Source: the human T2T-CHM13v2.0 reference genome, Homo sapiens
DNA length: 64,000 bases
NCBI RefSeq assembly: GCF_009914755.1
Contig: NC_060937.1
Strand: one strand, 5' to 3'
Shown: piece by piece, positions 29,491-45,045 of the stretch
Position numbering within the stretch: position 1 is the first letter of the stretch
Layout: each line of letters starts with the position of its first letter
Made by a program: the position numbers and the translations under genes
The notes under the pieces: model-generated
What the model was told of the DNA's origin: nothing
The model's input: the letters and a program-made list of their open reading frames with translations, nothing else
The model's database searches: none

Positions 29491-30755
29491 AATGCAACTA
29501 AAAAAATCCACAAGGTAAAAGTCAATAATCAAAGTTAAATCACCAATGTTCAACCAGTAACATCCAGGAAGAAAGGTTAATTTCTTATTTTATGTCCTTA
29601 AAAAGGAAAAGAGCACAATTTGAGTAAAAAAATGCTGATTAAAAAAATTGAAATGTGCTTTCTCATATAATTTATCACTCTGGGCATGTAATACTCTAAA
29701 AATATTATAGTTAAAATATTTAAATATATCTTTTCGTACCAGTGTCAAGTATGAGATGATGTAGAAGAAAATAATTTAAAAGTTGTTTGGCAATTTCCTA
29801 TAAGAAAAAATAAATAATCATGATGCAATGCACAACTTGTATTTTTCTCAAAATATATCAATGCTCTGTTTTCTAACTATTGCCTTTAAATTTTTTTAAA
29901 CCATGGCACAACTGGGATTAACTCAAATATAATATGGAGATGGGAACACAAGTGTTCAGCATGATCTCTGCTTGGTTAGTGGGTTTCAAATGGTGTGCCA
30001 TATGTCCAGGAAGACAATTAACTTTTTGTTTCAATGCCACTGCATAAAAGGAGGAAGGAGGAAGCAAGTAAGTCTAAAGCCCTGTCTGAGTTTATTAAGT
30101 CCTATGCCCTCAGTATTATATCTGCTAATTTGAACAAAGATAGCCTAGAGCTCAGGTTTGCCCTTGTCCATCCCCTCCTTTCAATCAGACAAAGAAGTGC
30201 TTAAAGCTCACCAGTAGTTCCCCTTTATCAATGGTAAACTCTACTTTCCGCTTTCTTTCTACAATGATAATTTTGTCTTTTTTTACTTTTCTCAATATCC
30301 CACCTCTCTTTCCACTCTAAACTGTTAACCTGATAGCATGCAGGCTCTGATACTGAAATTATGTCATCTTCCCATGGCCCATCTAAAATTCTACCTGCAT
30401 TTGGACATCTCTGTCTCTTCCCTACCATTAAACAAAGTAAAGGGACACTCTGCATTCAAATGCCAGCATTCCTATACTTGTTCCAAATATCATTCCGTTT
30501 ACTTCTTTTGTGGTTCTTGTTCTTTTTGGTTAACTTTTATTTTACCATATCTTCCTCTGCCTCTTTATGGGATTCTTAACTTTGATATTCAAACATGCCT
30601 TAGAAACATCTATATAAAAGACATAAACACAGAAAATACTTTTTCTCTAACCCATATTCCTCTTTTATCCTATACTCACATGCTCTTTCTTTCTTTTTCT
30701 ATTCTTCTTCACAGAAAAGTTTCTTTGAAATGTTTGTTATTCACTCTTTTGACTT

Positions 30756-31407
30756 TGTAGGGAAGTTCAAACCTCCTCTCTGAAGGTTCACTTTTGAGTC
30801 TACTGAAATAAGCTGGCAGTAGACAGATTAACAGGAGAAAAGCCATAACAAATGTATTTGATCATAGTTTTATGTGACACAAAGTCTTCAGATTGAAAAC
30901 TCAAAGATACAGAGGAAGCTATCTAATTTTATGCTTAGTTTCATAAGAGCAGGAAGAGCAGTGTAGCACTGCAATTGAACAGAAATGGTATGATCTCATG
31001 ATAATAATATAAGGGTTGGACCTAGCAAGGCCTATCCATTCAGATTCTCCTTAGTCTGTGTGTGTTGCATTTCTTCCTTCTGGGATGAAGCAGGACCCTC
31101 CCTACATAAGGAATCTTGTGACCTACAATCAAACAAAGTAGGCCAGAGTATTTCTTTATGGCCAGTTTTACACAGTAAGGCAGGGAAAAGTTAGGGCGAT
31201 ATTTTAGGTTTTTATGCCTGGCTTTGGGGGAAAGGAGTTCTAGTTTCTATGACTCACCTGGGGAAGAGAAATTTTTGTTTCTATGGCTTGTCTCAGGGAA
31301 CAGTGAGGGGTGAGAGACAGGAGGGCAGGAGAAAGTCAGAGGGAAACTTTGCTTCTGAGGCTGCTTCTGAAGCCTTCCTTTGGAGTACCATTTTCTGAGC
31401 CCCAGTA
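30756..31407 (-). mobile_element. Solo ERV1 LTR (MER34/MER39 group)
   Basis: Minus strand begins (T)ACTGGGGCTCAGAAAATGGTACTCCAAAG...CAGAAGCAGCCTCAGAAGCAAAG. Confidence 0.75.
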
Positions 31408-31691
31408 ATGTTCTCAACTAAAATCTATACTACAATTCATTTCAATGTGGCTTCATGCTCTAAAATGTTCACTCAAAGACATGTTGTGAAGTCTTAAGTG
31501 ACTTTCATGATATCCCAACCAATTTTTTAAATCCACACCTTCTTCTAGACATATTTGCATTTGGTCCATTAAGCAATTCCTTATTTTTCTTGGCTTTAAT
31601 GGCATTAGGACCAGCTAAATAATTTATGAAACATGGTACAAAATTTAAAATGTAGAGTGTCTTATTTATAAAATTATTAAGTTTCAAAACC

Positions 31692-34600
31692 AAGATTTTT
31701 GTGGCTCCATATAGTTTTTAGAATTATCTTTTTATTTCTGTAAAGAATGCCATCAAGATTTTGATAGGAATTTCATTGACTCTATAGATTGCTTTAGGTA
31801 GTATGAACATTTAAACTATATTAAGTATTCCAATTCATATCTTCCCAATTATTTGTGTCTTCAGGTTCTTTTAAGAATGCTTTATAGTTTTCAGTGTACA
31901 AATAGTTTATCTTCTTGATTAAATTTATTCCTAAGTATTATTTTTTGTACTATTATAAATGGGAATGTTTGTTGCGGGAAGTCAGGGACCCCGAGTGGAG
32001 GGACCAGCTGGAGCTGCGGCAAAGGAACATAAATTGTAAAGATTTAATTTTAATATGGACATTTATCAGTTCCCAAATAATACTTCTATAATTTCTTATG
32101 CCTGTCTTTGCTTTAATCTCTTAATCCGGTTATCTTCATAAGCTGAGGATGTACATCACCTCAGGACCACTGTTACAATTGTGTTAACTGTACAAATTGA
32201 CTGGAAAACTTGTGTTTGAACAATAGGAAATCAGTGAACCTTGAAAAAGAATAGAATAACAGCGATTTTTAGGGAACAAGGGAAGACAACCATAAGATCT
32301 GACTGCCTCTGGGTTTGGGCAAAAAGAGCCATATTCTTCTTCTTGCAGAGAGCCTATAAACGGACGTGCGAGTAGGAAAGATATCACTAAATGCTTTTCC
32401 TAGCAAGGAATATTAATATTAATACCCTGGGAAAGGAATGCATTCCTGGGGGAGGTCTGTAAATGGCCACTCTGGGAGTGTCTGTCTTATGCGGTTTAGA
32501 TAAGGACTGAGATACACCCTTGTCTCCTGCAGTACCCTCAGGCTTATTAGGGTGGGGAAAAACTCCACACTGGTAAATTTGAGGTCAGACCCGTTCTCTG
32601 CTCTTGAACCCTGTTTTCTGCTGTTCAAGATACTTATCAAGACAATACGTGCACTGCTGAACATAGACCCTTATCAGTAGTTCTCCTTTTTGCCCTTTGA
32701 AGCATGTGATCTACTCCCTGTTCTTACACCCCCTCCCCTTATGAAACCCTTAATAAAAAATTTGCTGGTTTGAGGTTCAGGTGGGCATCACGGTCGTAGC
32801 AATATGTGATGTCACCCCTGGCAGCCCAGCTGTAAAATTCCTCTCTTTGTACTCTTTGTCTTTATTTCTCAGCCGGCCGACACTTACGAAAAATAGAAAG
32901 AACCTACGTTGAAATATTGGGGGTGGGTTCGTGTGATAAACGTTTTCTTGTTTTTTTTTTTTTAGATATCTTGTTATTAGTCTGTGGAAACCCTACTGAT
33001 TGTTGTATGTTGATTTTGTGTTCTGAGACTTTAAAAAATTAGTTTATTTGTTCTGATAAGTATTTTTAAAAAATTTATAGGGTTTTCTATGTATAAGATT
33101 ATGTCATCTGCAAACAGATCTTGAGCAAAAAATAAATAAAACAACAAAAAACCAACCAAACAAAAAAACCTGGAGTCATCACACTACTTGATCTTAAAAC
33201 CTACTATAAGTCTAGAGTAATCAAAACAGCATAGTACTGCCATAAAAACAGACATGCAGCCCAATGGAACAGAAAAGAGGGCCCAGTAAAAAACTCATGC
33301 ATTCAGAGCCAGTTGATTTTCAACAAAGGGGCTGAGAACATAAAGTGGAGAAAGGACAATCTCTTACATAAATGGTCTTGGAAAAACTGGATATTCTCAT
33401 GCAGAAGAATGAAGTTAGACCCTGACCTCACAATTTATACAAAAATTAACTCAAAATGGATTAAACATTTAAACACAAGAACTGCAACTGTTAAACTACT
33501 AGAAGAAAAAATAGGGAAAAAACTTTGTGACATTGGTCTGGGCAAAGATTTTTTGGAAAAGGCACTAAAAAGTGCAGTTAACAAAAACAAAAATTGATAT
33601 GGATTGAATGAAACTAAAAAGCTTCTCTATAGATAAGGAAATATCAGCATGAAAACAACGTCTGAAATGGGAAAAAATATTTGCAAACCACACATCTGAT
33701 AAGATGTTAATATCCAAAATACATAATAAACATAAACAACTCAATAGCAAAATAAAATAACAACCCAATTAAAATAATGGGCAAAGGAACTGAATAAATA
33801 TTTCTCAAAACAGAACATACCAATGGCAAATAGATGTATTAAAAAATGCTCAACATCACTAACCATCAGGGAAATGCAAATCAAAGCAAAAATGAGGTAT
33901 CACCTCATATCTGTTATGATGGCTACTATCAAAAAGACAAGTGTTAACAAGTGCTTGCAAGGGTATGGAGAAAATGGAGATCTTGTACCCTTGATGGGAA
34001 TGTAAATTAGTATAGCCATGATGAAATAAGTATAGAAGTTTCTCAAAAAATAAAAAAATAGAGCTACTATATCATCCAGTAATTACACTTCTGGGTGTAT
34101 ATCCAAAGGAAAGGAATCAGTATGTCAAAGAGATATCTGTACTTCTGTGTTCACTGCAGCACCATTCACAATAGCCAAGATATGGAATCAACTTAGTGTC
34201 CATCAAAGATGAAAGAATTTAAAATGTGGTATACATACCCATTGTAATGTTATTCACCTTTTAAAAAGAAGACAATCCTGTAATTTTAAATGACATTCAT
34301 GAGGCTGGAGTACATTATGCTAAGTGAAATAAGCTAGACCCAAAAAGACAAATATTGCATGATCTCACTGACATGTGGATCTCACTAAATTTCATTGAGG
34401 CAGGAAGAATAAGTTCAGGAGATATGCTGAACAACATGGTAACCATAGTTAACAACAAAGCATTTTTATGCAGAAACCACACAGTAGATTTAAATGTTCT
34501 CACAGCAAAAACGAAACAAAAGATTAATAAATGTGTGAGGTAATGGTTATGTTATTAGCTTAGTTTAGTCATTCCACAGTTTATGGATGTGGCAAAACAT

Positions 34601-34756
34601 CATGCTGCACACCAGAAACATACACAATTTTTGTCAATTAAAACCAAATATTAAAAGTATATATATACATATGTATTTAATTATATGTACACACATATAT
34701 ATGTAAATGTGTGTGTCTGTGTGTGTATATATATATGTATACACACACATATATAT
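31692..34756 (+). mobile_element. L1MA (MA4/5-like) with 5' inversion: antisense 31692-~33117, sense ~33118-34650, then a decayed (TA/TG)n tail
   Basis: ORF2 remnants in the ORF track (IFNKGAENIKWRKDNLLHKW; KKCSTSLTIREMQIK); L1MA 3'UTR; orientation switch at GCAAACAGAT|CTTGAGCAAAA. Confidence 0.82.
31970..32938 (+). mobile_element. MER11 (A/B) solo LTR of HERV-K(HML-8)
   Basis: Starts TGTTGCGGGAAGTCAGGGACCCC, ends GGGTTCGTGTGATA; 6-bp TSD AATGTT/AACGTT typical of class II ERVs; AATAAA at ~32752. Confidence 0.92.
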
Positions 34757-35087
34757 AATTTGAAAATGGTAAAAAACAATTAAACCAAATGTGGGACCCT
34801 ATGTGGCTGCACTGGTCATATGTCATGAAGCCAGCCTGAGATGGCATCAAATAATCTGGGTTCTCTCACATTTCATTGGCCACATGTCATTCTGTCTTCA
34901 CAGTAGGGCTTTTGCTATGTGACTTTTAAATTGATGAGATATTTGTGGCTGGAATCTGAACTTCCCCAGAGTAACTTCATAATTTCCCATATTTCATATA
35001 GTAACTGTGTTCTTTCTAATTATTTCATAATTTATTACTCATTTCAACTTTATTTTAGGCCCTTATAGAGTACAGTCTGTTTAATAT

Positions 35088-35407
<320 letters not shown>

Positions 35408-35807
35408 ATATCTCTTTTATTTTCTCAGCAAAATAGTTTATGAATGTTAAAAAGAAACAATGCCATCTAATCTTTCTCTAGTTATGCTATCATCAATGAG
35501 TAAAAGTTAACTTTATGTAATCAATTATCTAAGATATTTGTGCATAGACCTTATTACCTCTCTGTGTTTGGGTCTGGATTTTAAAAGGAGATATAAAGTA
35601 AGGAAAAAATGACCTATGATCATCTCCCTCCTCACTCTAAAATCGCAAGTGTTTGAACAATTACATAAATTCTCAGTAAAAACAAATAGTAGACAATAAG
35701 ACTACACCTGGAGCCAATTAGAGATGCAAACAAATTCTGAGGGTATTTCTTTTTGGAATATTAACTGTTCATGCAGGTTATAAAAAGGATTTATGACACA
35801 ATATCTA

Positions 35808-35955
35808 AGCCAGACATGATAATGAATGTTTATAGTCCCAGCTACTCGGGAGACTGAGGTGGGAAGACTGTTTGAGCTCAAGAGTTTGAGGCTGAAGTGA
35901 GGTATGCCATGCCACTGCATTCCAGCCTGGGCAATGGAGCAAGACCCTGTCAAGA
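35808..35955 (+). mobile_element. FRAM / Alu right monomer
   Basis: AGCCAGACATG...TAGTCCCAGCTACTCGGGAG...CCAGCCTGGGCAATGGAGCAAGACCCTGTC. Confidence 0.8.
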
Positions 35956-36257
35956 AAGAAAACAAGAAAGAAAGAGAGCCGGGGAAGTTAGGGAGGAAAG
36001 ATGGGAGGAAAAAAGGGAGGGAGGGAGGAAGGGAGGGACAGAGGGAGGAAGGGAGGAAGGGAGGAAGGGAGGAAAGATGGGAGGAAAAAGGAAGGGAGGG
36101 AGGAAGGGAGGGAAGGAGGAAGCGAGGGTGGAAGGGAGGGAGGAAGGGTGGGACAGAGAGAAAGAAAGAGGGAGGGAGGGAGGAAGGAAGGAAGGAGGGA
36201 AGGAAGGAAGGAAGGGAGGGAGGGGGGTAGGGAGGGAGGGAAGGGAAGGAAAAGAGA
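35952..36257 (+). repeat. Polypurine (GGAA/GGGA)n tract
   Basis: About 300 bp of almost only G and A, grown from the FRAM tail. Confidence 0.95.
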
Positions 36258-36313
36258 CTACAATATCCAGAATGCTATATATTCACTTCTCTTCTGGAGA
36301 CTTTCTCCCAAAC

Positions 36314-36343
36314 TGGCAATTGGCAATTGGCAATTGGCAATTG
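36314..36343. repeat. (TGGCAAT)4 tandem repeat
   Basis: Four perfect 7-mers. Confidence 0.95.
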
Positions 36344-36410
36344 TTTCATGTCTATGTGACTATAGAGACCCCCTACTTTTTTTCTCTAGGTTGTGGAACT
36401 TTGTGTTCAT

Positions 36411-36411
<1 letters not shown>

Positions 36412-36448
<37 letters not shown>
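36412..36448. repeat. (CA)n microsatellite
   Basis: About 18 CA units. Confidence 0.95.
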
Positions 36449-36453
<5 letters not shown>

Positions 36454-37240
36454 TACCATATACTAACTGATACAATAAATTCCTATTTTTATTTGAGTAT
36501 CTCAAAAGCACAATAACTACATCAAACAGTGTTTCCGCCTCTGTTCTTATTCAGAGATGTGGTCAATGCAGTTTGCTTAAGGATATAAGAGGAACATTGA
36601 CAATTTAGGGCTACTGTCTAGTTTTCTCTTAACATTGTGAAATATGTACTTCCTATATCAAATCTGTCAAGCGTCAAATCTTTAGATCTGGTGTATAGAA
36701 TATATATTGGATCATTTTTCTCTTTTTTATTTTAACATCCATCCTATTCAAATCTGCTATCATCCCTAACACAAACTATGTAATATCCTCTTAACTAACC
36801 TTTTATACTCTTCTGCACAATGGCCATTCTCTATAGATATTCTTTATAAGAAAAGCATTGTTTTGAAAATGTAAATTAAGTCATATTTCTTTTTGACAAA
36901 GCCTTTACAGATGGTTTCCAATTGACTTTGGCAAAAAAATGTAGACCTCAGCTGAAATCTCATTTTGATAAAGAGTTGTTCTAATCTAAATTAGTACAAA
37001 ATCCATTTACTACATGTCATAATACTTCTATTTTTATTTTAGCATGCTATGTGTTTCAAATTGTGTCTGGATTTTTTTTTGCATAATCATTTTTAGGTAC
37101 AAATGCCCCTTATCTTACAATGGGGTTGTGTTCTGTTGACGTGTAATAAATTAATAAACCATATAACAAAACTTATTTTTAACAGCTCTTGCTTCAAGTG
37201 GGAAAAAAACACAATTTTTCTTATAGTGATGAATACACCC

Positions 37241-37805
37241 TGTTGAATTTAAATGAGTCACATATTTGTATAATATCCTGTCTTGAACTGAAGATGATAC
37301 TTGCTTCTAATCAATGAAATATGGTGATGGTGATGATGGGGTGTCACTAACTTTATTAGATTACATTATATAACAATAGTGATAGGATATTACTTATTCA
37401 GGATGGAGAGAAAGGGCATACATCTGACCCTGAAGAAGTGAAAAATAGCCATGTGGTGAACTGCTTGTGGGAGGTTCAACAGGTTGGTGACTACACTAGA
37501 CCTGTGGGATCTGTGGGCAGCCTACATTTAATAGTCTGTAATAATGTGGACTTTCAACCATATAGTCAAAAGGTAATAAACTCTGCCAATAACCTGAAAG
37601 AGCTTCAAAGCAGATTTTTCCCCAGAGCCTCCAGCTGAGAACACAGCCCAGTCAACAGTTTAATTGCAACTGTGTAATACTTCAAGCAGAGGACCCTTCT
37701 AGCTGTGCACAGGCTCCTGACTCAAGTAGATTATGAAACAACTAATGTGTGTTATTCTAAGCCACTCAACATGGTAATCTGTTACACAGCAATTGAAAGC
37801 TAACA
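37241..37805 (+). mobile_element. MLT1 (E/F-like) solo LTR
   Basis: Ends TGTGTGTTATTCTAAGCCACT...TGTTACACAGCAATTGAAAGCTAACA. Confidence 0.75.
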
Positions 37806-37876
37806 TTTTATGTATATCTAAAAATAATTTTTTTTCTTCTTATACTATTTAGCAGAAATTGCTAGAACATACAGGC

Positions 37877-38473
37877 TGTGATGGCTCATTTTATGTGTCG
37901 ACTTGATTGGACCATGGAGTTTCCAGATATTTGCTCAAACATTAAACTAGATGTTTCTGTGATGGTGCTTTTGGATGAGATTAACACTTAAATTGGAAGA
38001 CTAAGTAAGGTAGATTGTCCTCCCTAATGTGAGTAGGCATCAACCAGTTAATTGAAGGCCTGAATGGAACAAAAATACTAACTCTTCCCTGAGTTAAAGG
38101 AAATTCCTCCTGGCTGACTACCTTTAAACTGGAACATTCACTTTTTCTTTTCTTCAAACTTGAACTGAAGCATTGCTTATTCCTGGTTTTCAAGACTGCC
38201 AGCCTTTGGACTGGAATACACCACGGCTCTCCTAGGTCTTCTTTGCAAATGTACCTTGCAAATCTTGGGGCTCATCAGGCTCCATAATCATGTAAACCAA
38301 TTTTTTATAGTAAATCTTTTGTGTGCATGTATACATATATATATTCCATTATTTTGTCATTTATATCCTATTATATACATATATATATATATCCTATATT
38401 TTTACCTATCTACTATCTGTTTATCTATCTGTATTCTATTCATTCTGTTTCTTGGAAAACTTTGACTGATACA
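37877..38473 (+). mobile_element. MLT2 (B/D-like) 5' LTR
   Basis: TGTGATGGCTCATTTTATGTGTCGACTTGA...CTGTTTCTTGGAAAACTTTGACTGATACA. Confidence 0.88.
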
Positions 38474-39210
38474 TATTTAAGTACCAAGAGTGGTTCTAGA
38501 ATAATAAAATTTTAAAGATAAATTTTCTGAATTGGGTCTGGGGTTTCTGTAATTGGATATGTAATATGATAATACTTAAATATGCCAATAGCTCTATTTC
38601 CAGTAATAAGAAAGCTAGTAGTTCATGGTATGATGTGGCAATAGAGACTAGAAAAATATTACCATTGCACACTCCTAACCAACCACTTATAAATAAGGAT
38701 CTGAGTAACTGTGTATATGATACTTTTAAACATTATTGTCAAACTAACAAATAAAATGGCATTGGCTGGTTGCTTCTAGAGTTTCCTGGACAAAATATGG
38801 AAATAAAATGATGAGCACAGTGAATTGAATTCCTGCCTCAAGCACTACATACATTACCTTAAAGCTTCTATGTGGGCCCTGATGGAGCCCCTTATCTCCT
38901 GCAGCTGCAGGGCTGATATTGCTAAAAATCAATTCTGAATGTCATCTTGCAACTGACTGAATCCCAATGAAAGTTAATGCCCCCACCTCTCAGAGTGTTT
39001 ACTCTTAACATAAATACATTGATTGGGAAGAATGAAAAACTAAAAATTGAAATGGAGATATGAAAAGAAACTGATCAAGCTGGAGCCATTGAGTCTCTAG
39101 ACTCCGATGAGTCCTTTTTGCCAGTGGAAGCAGCCTCTCCGCTCCCATCTGAGAAGATTAACCCTGCATTTGTTGAGGAACAGCCTTTCCCTGAGGTAGT
39201 TGCCATGAAT
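38474..39210 (+). mobile_element. ERVL internal leader and 5' gag remnant
   Basis: PBS-like GTACCAAGAGTGGTTCTAGA directly after the LTR; gag-like ACATTGATTGGGAAGAATG and TGAGGTAGTTGCCA. Confidence 0.8.
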
Positions 39211-39423
39211 TTTCCTGGTTCTTAGGCCTTTGGCTTTGGACTGGAAAGACAATATCAGCTCTCCTGGGTCTCCAGATTCCCAACTCACCCTGCCATCTTG
39301 CTATCTTGGTACTTAGCCTTCATAATTAAGTTAGCAAATTCCTTATAATTAACCAACAAATAAATAAATAAATAAATAAATAAATACTATATTGGTTCTC
39401 TTTCTCCGGAGACCCTGAATACA
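39211..39423 (+). mobile_element. Partial MLT2 3' LTR
   Basis: CCTGGTTCTTAGGCCTTTGG...TATTGGTTCTCTTTCTCCGGAGACCCTGAATACA; contains (AAAT)n. Confidence 0.8.
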
Positions 39424-41431
39424 TGTACCAAGACTATCAGTAAACTCTTACATTTATGATTTTATTCCTGATCATAGGTATAAATAATAAAAATGACTGA
39501 GGCTTGCTGGTTCTAACTTTGCACATCATGCCACAAATTTCACAAATTTAGCTAGCTTTCAGTATGACATCTGATAATAGATATTTTCTTGTAGCAACTG
39601 AACTAGGACAAAGAAAAGCCAATCTCATATTTTACACCAACTTCTAGTCAAATGTTAATGAAGTAAGTATATTTATGCATTTCATTTGTACTTATGGTAG
39701 AATGACTTCTACTTTACAGTAACAAATTAATGTGTTTATCCACCTGATGACTTGAAGTAGAAAGGTCTTTGCAGAGTATTTAAAATATAACTCCATATAT
39801 ATGGTCATTATATCTTTTTGATTACAGTTATAAAACTACAGTATTTACAGTATTCTAGTTTGCTGATTTTGTCCTGAAGCCTAGAATAGTTTGACTTTAC
39901 TGTTTATGAAATGTTCTATTTAAAGGAATACTTCACTCTGTCTGAGATTTTTTTTTTATCATCTGCTTCTGTTTTTTTTTAATCATCACTTCCATAAAAT
40001 GACTGATTAAAATTAGTCATTGCTGTAAGTAGCATTAGTTTCTGGAATCCTCCAGTATACTTCAAAATTAAAGTTCAGAAGGCAATTAGCAAACTCAGAT
40101 TGTTTGTTTCATGTGATTATTTATAATACATAGAGGAAAAATAATAGCCAAATCTGGTTCTCTAGTAATTAATTATGTGTACATATTTGTATCTAAAGTA
40201 TCTCCTGCTCCAAAGTTTGGAAATAATAATCAACAATAATCAACATGATATAATTCTGCACTTGAGTGGGTTAAATTAATTTACAAATAAGCTTCTTTTC
40301 CTTTAATGTATTTCAATTGATTTATCTTCAACAAATTATTATCCACATCCATGCATTTTCCACTGCTGCACTCTCAACAAACAAATACCAGCAGGGAACC
40401 ACGGTATTTTGAAGGGGATATTTATTATTTTGCTTGACAATTATTATAATCCTATTTGCTGTATTTTTTCTCACTATTTTATTTCTTAGTCAACTTATAT
40501 GATTCATTTCATTCCACATTTATTTCAAGTAAATGCCTTTATTCTGCATATTTCTTAACAATTTTTGATAATGGCCACCTTTTAACACTCCATATATTTT
40601 TACAAAATAACACTTGGAAAATTAGATTATGGATGATTAATGTTAAGTGATACATTTAGTATTAAATGTATATTAGAAAAAATTTTTGGCTATGAAAATT
40701 ATTAAATGTTTTACTTAATTACAATTAGTATTAGTAATAATAATCAGTTATATTGTTTTTACTATGGCAATGAAATATAACAAATAAATTATCCTTTTTC
40801 CATCAAAAATAGGACTCTACATGCATTCAAAACATGCATTATGATTATTGGCAAACAAAATAAGTGTCCTTGAAATCAAACATTCTTCACTGCAGTTCAA
40901 GTCACTTGATACATTGCTAACGTATCAGATAATTAAATGGACACATAAGTACTAGCTATTTAAAGCAACTTTGGATAATAGATTTATTGAGTATGTATAA
41001 AATACCAGATTCATGGAGTAAAAAACAAACACATAGTTCAAGGAGAGTAAGGAGAATATTTGATACCTAAGTTGTTATCTGCAAGTAATCTGCATTTTGT
41101 AGTCAGTTGTCAAATTTGATTAATTGTGAGTTCAGAGGACAGTCAGTACACAGCAGCCTTCATTAGATCCAGAAATTTTCTATGCCCTTCACCAATAGTT
41201 GGAATGGTTCTGCTTACATATTTGACTTCTGCATTTTATATATATTAGAAGCCTCATACACAGAGGCACAGTGAATTTATTTATTTTTTCTCACGGAGAA
41301 GAAAGAATAGTACAAGAAGCAGACAGTTACAAACATCCATTAACATCTCCAGTGATCTCACAATCATTTTTCAAGAGAGGTAATTTCAAATTGATTTTAA
41401 TAACTTGAAACAATATTCACCATAAAACACA

Positions 41432-42969
<1,538 letters not shown>

Positions 42970-43129
42970 CTAGACAAAATTTGCAATAAAGCTAGCTACA
43001 ACAAAATGGAGTGCAAGTACTAAAAGAATTAGCAAACATGCATTGGAGGATAACCCCAGAGTCACCAAAGGGTAAAGCACACAGCATGCCCTTGGTAAGA
43101 GTACTATTTCTCAGTTTCTTTCCTTCTTT

Positions 43130-43428
43130 TTTCATTTTTTTGATACAGGGTTTCACTCTGTCACCCAAGCTGGAGGGCAATGATACGACCATGGCTCACT
43201 GCAGCATCAAACTCCTGGGCTCAAGTGATCCTCCTGCTTCACCTTCCTGAGTAGCTGGGACTACGAGCTTACACCACCAACTCTGGCTAATGTTTATTAT
43301 TTTTTGTTTGGTAGAGACAGAGTGTCCCTATGTTTCCCAGGCTGGTCTAGAACTCTTAGCCTCAAGTGACCCTCTCACCTTCACAGCCAAATTGCTGAGT
43401 TTACAGGGTTGAGCCACTGCACCCAGCC
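43130..43428 (-). mobile_element. AluJ
   Basis: GATACAGGGTTTCACTCTGTCACCC...ATGGCTCACTGCAGC J-type. Confidence 0.88.
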
Positions 43429-43669
43429 TCATCAGTTTCATAATAGGTCAATGTGTATTCCTCAGTATTCTTCCAGTCTTAATTCATGAGCATCTGATTT
43501 CTCTCCTATGATATTTGAAAATTGTCATTTTTTTCACTTATTAAAAATACTTTAAAAATTATACCACTAAAACACTATTAGGCATTCTTTGGAATATGCG
43601 TTCATCTTTCATATTTTTGTGAAAATAAAGATAAATTTTGTTGCTGTGCATAGATAGAAACAGTGCTGC

Positions 43670-43800
43670 AGATAAATACCTGAGCTTCGTGTTCCAGCTC
43701 TTCCAGGTACTCCGTGTGATCTGGGACAAGTTACCTAGATATTTGAATTTGTTTAAAAACAACTATAATATGGGGCAGTATCTAAATCACAGGTTGGTTT
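43670..43800 (+). mobile_element. MIR fragment
   Basis: TGTGATCTGGGACAAGTTACCTA. Confidence 0.55.
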
Positions 43801-43842
43801 AGATACTTTCTAAATCACAGGTTGCTAGACAGTAGAATCTAA

Positions 43843-44479
<637 letters not shown>

Positions 44480-44736
44480 CAGAATTTAACTCTTGATGTT
44501 ACTACAACTCAGTGAAAAATAGGATATAGTCCTAGCCCTTATGGCTCTTACATCTTAGTGAGAGACAAACATTTAAATAGCCAATTGTATGTAATTGTTT
44601 GCAGGTGCCAAAAGGGTGATTCAAATGGTGTCAGGCCAGTACTCAGACCTTGAGAGACACCATTAATAAAAGTGCTTTTTCTTCATACCCTTTACTACCA
44701 TCATCAATGTTGTTTAACCCATATTACCTTATTCTT

Positions 44737-45045
44737 TTTTTTTTTTTTTTTTTTTCAGACAGAGTCTCCGAGTCTTGCTCTGTCCCCCAGGCTGGAGTGC
44801 AGTGGTGCTATCTCCGCTTACTGCAAACTCCGCCTCCCGGATTGAAGGGATTCTCCTGCCTCAGCTTCCCGAACAGCTGGGACTACAGGTGTGCGCCACC
44901 ACGCCCTGCTAATTTTTTGTATTTTTAGTAGAGACGGGGGTCTTACTGTGTTATCCAGGATGGTCTTGATGTCCTGACTTCTTGATCTGCCTGCCTTGGC
45001 CTCCCAAAGTGCTGAGATTACAGGTGTGAGTGACCGTGCCCAGCC
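44737..45045 (-). mobile_element. Alu (Sc/Y-like)
   Basis: 17-bp TSD CATATTACCTTATTCTT (44720-44736 and 45046-45062). Confidence 0.9.

Larger units (their letters stand above)
31606..34838 (-). mobile_element. MER45A hAT-Tip100 MITE split by an L1 (halves 31606-31691 and ~34757-34838)
   Basis: Left half TAGGACCAGCTAAATAATTT...AAATTATTAAGTTTCAAAAC; right half ATTAAACCAAATGTGGGACCC...CATGAAGCCAGCCTG; ATGGCAT duplicated on both flanks (31599-31605 and 34841-34847). Confidence 0.7.

Noticed and set aside
30338-30760. 140-aa ORF
   Set aside because: Low-complexity L/F/S-rich translation of a T-rich decayed L2 region; no splice structure or homology recognised.
35897-36516. Overlapping long ORFs (189, 108 and 171 aa) rich in G, R, E and K
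   Set aside because: Translation of the GGAA/GGGA and CA microsatellites, which lack stop codons by composition.
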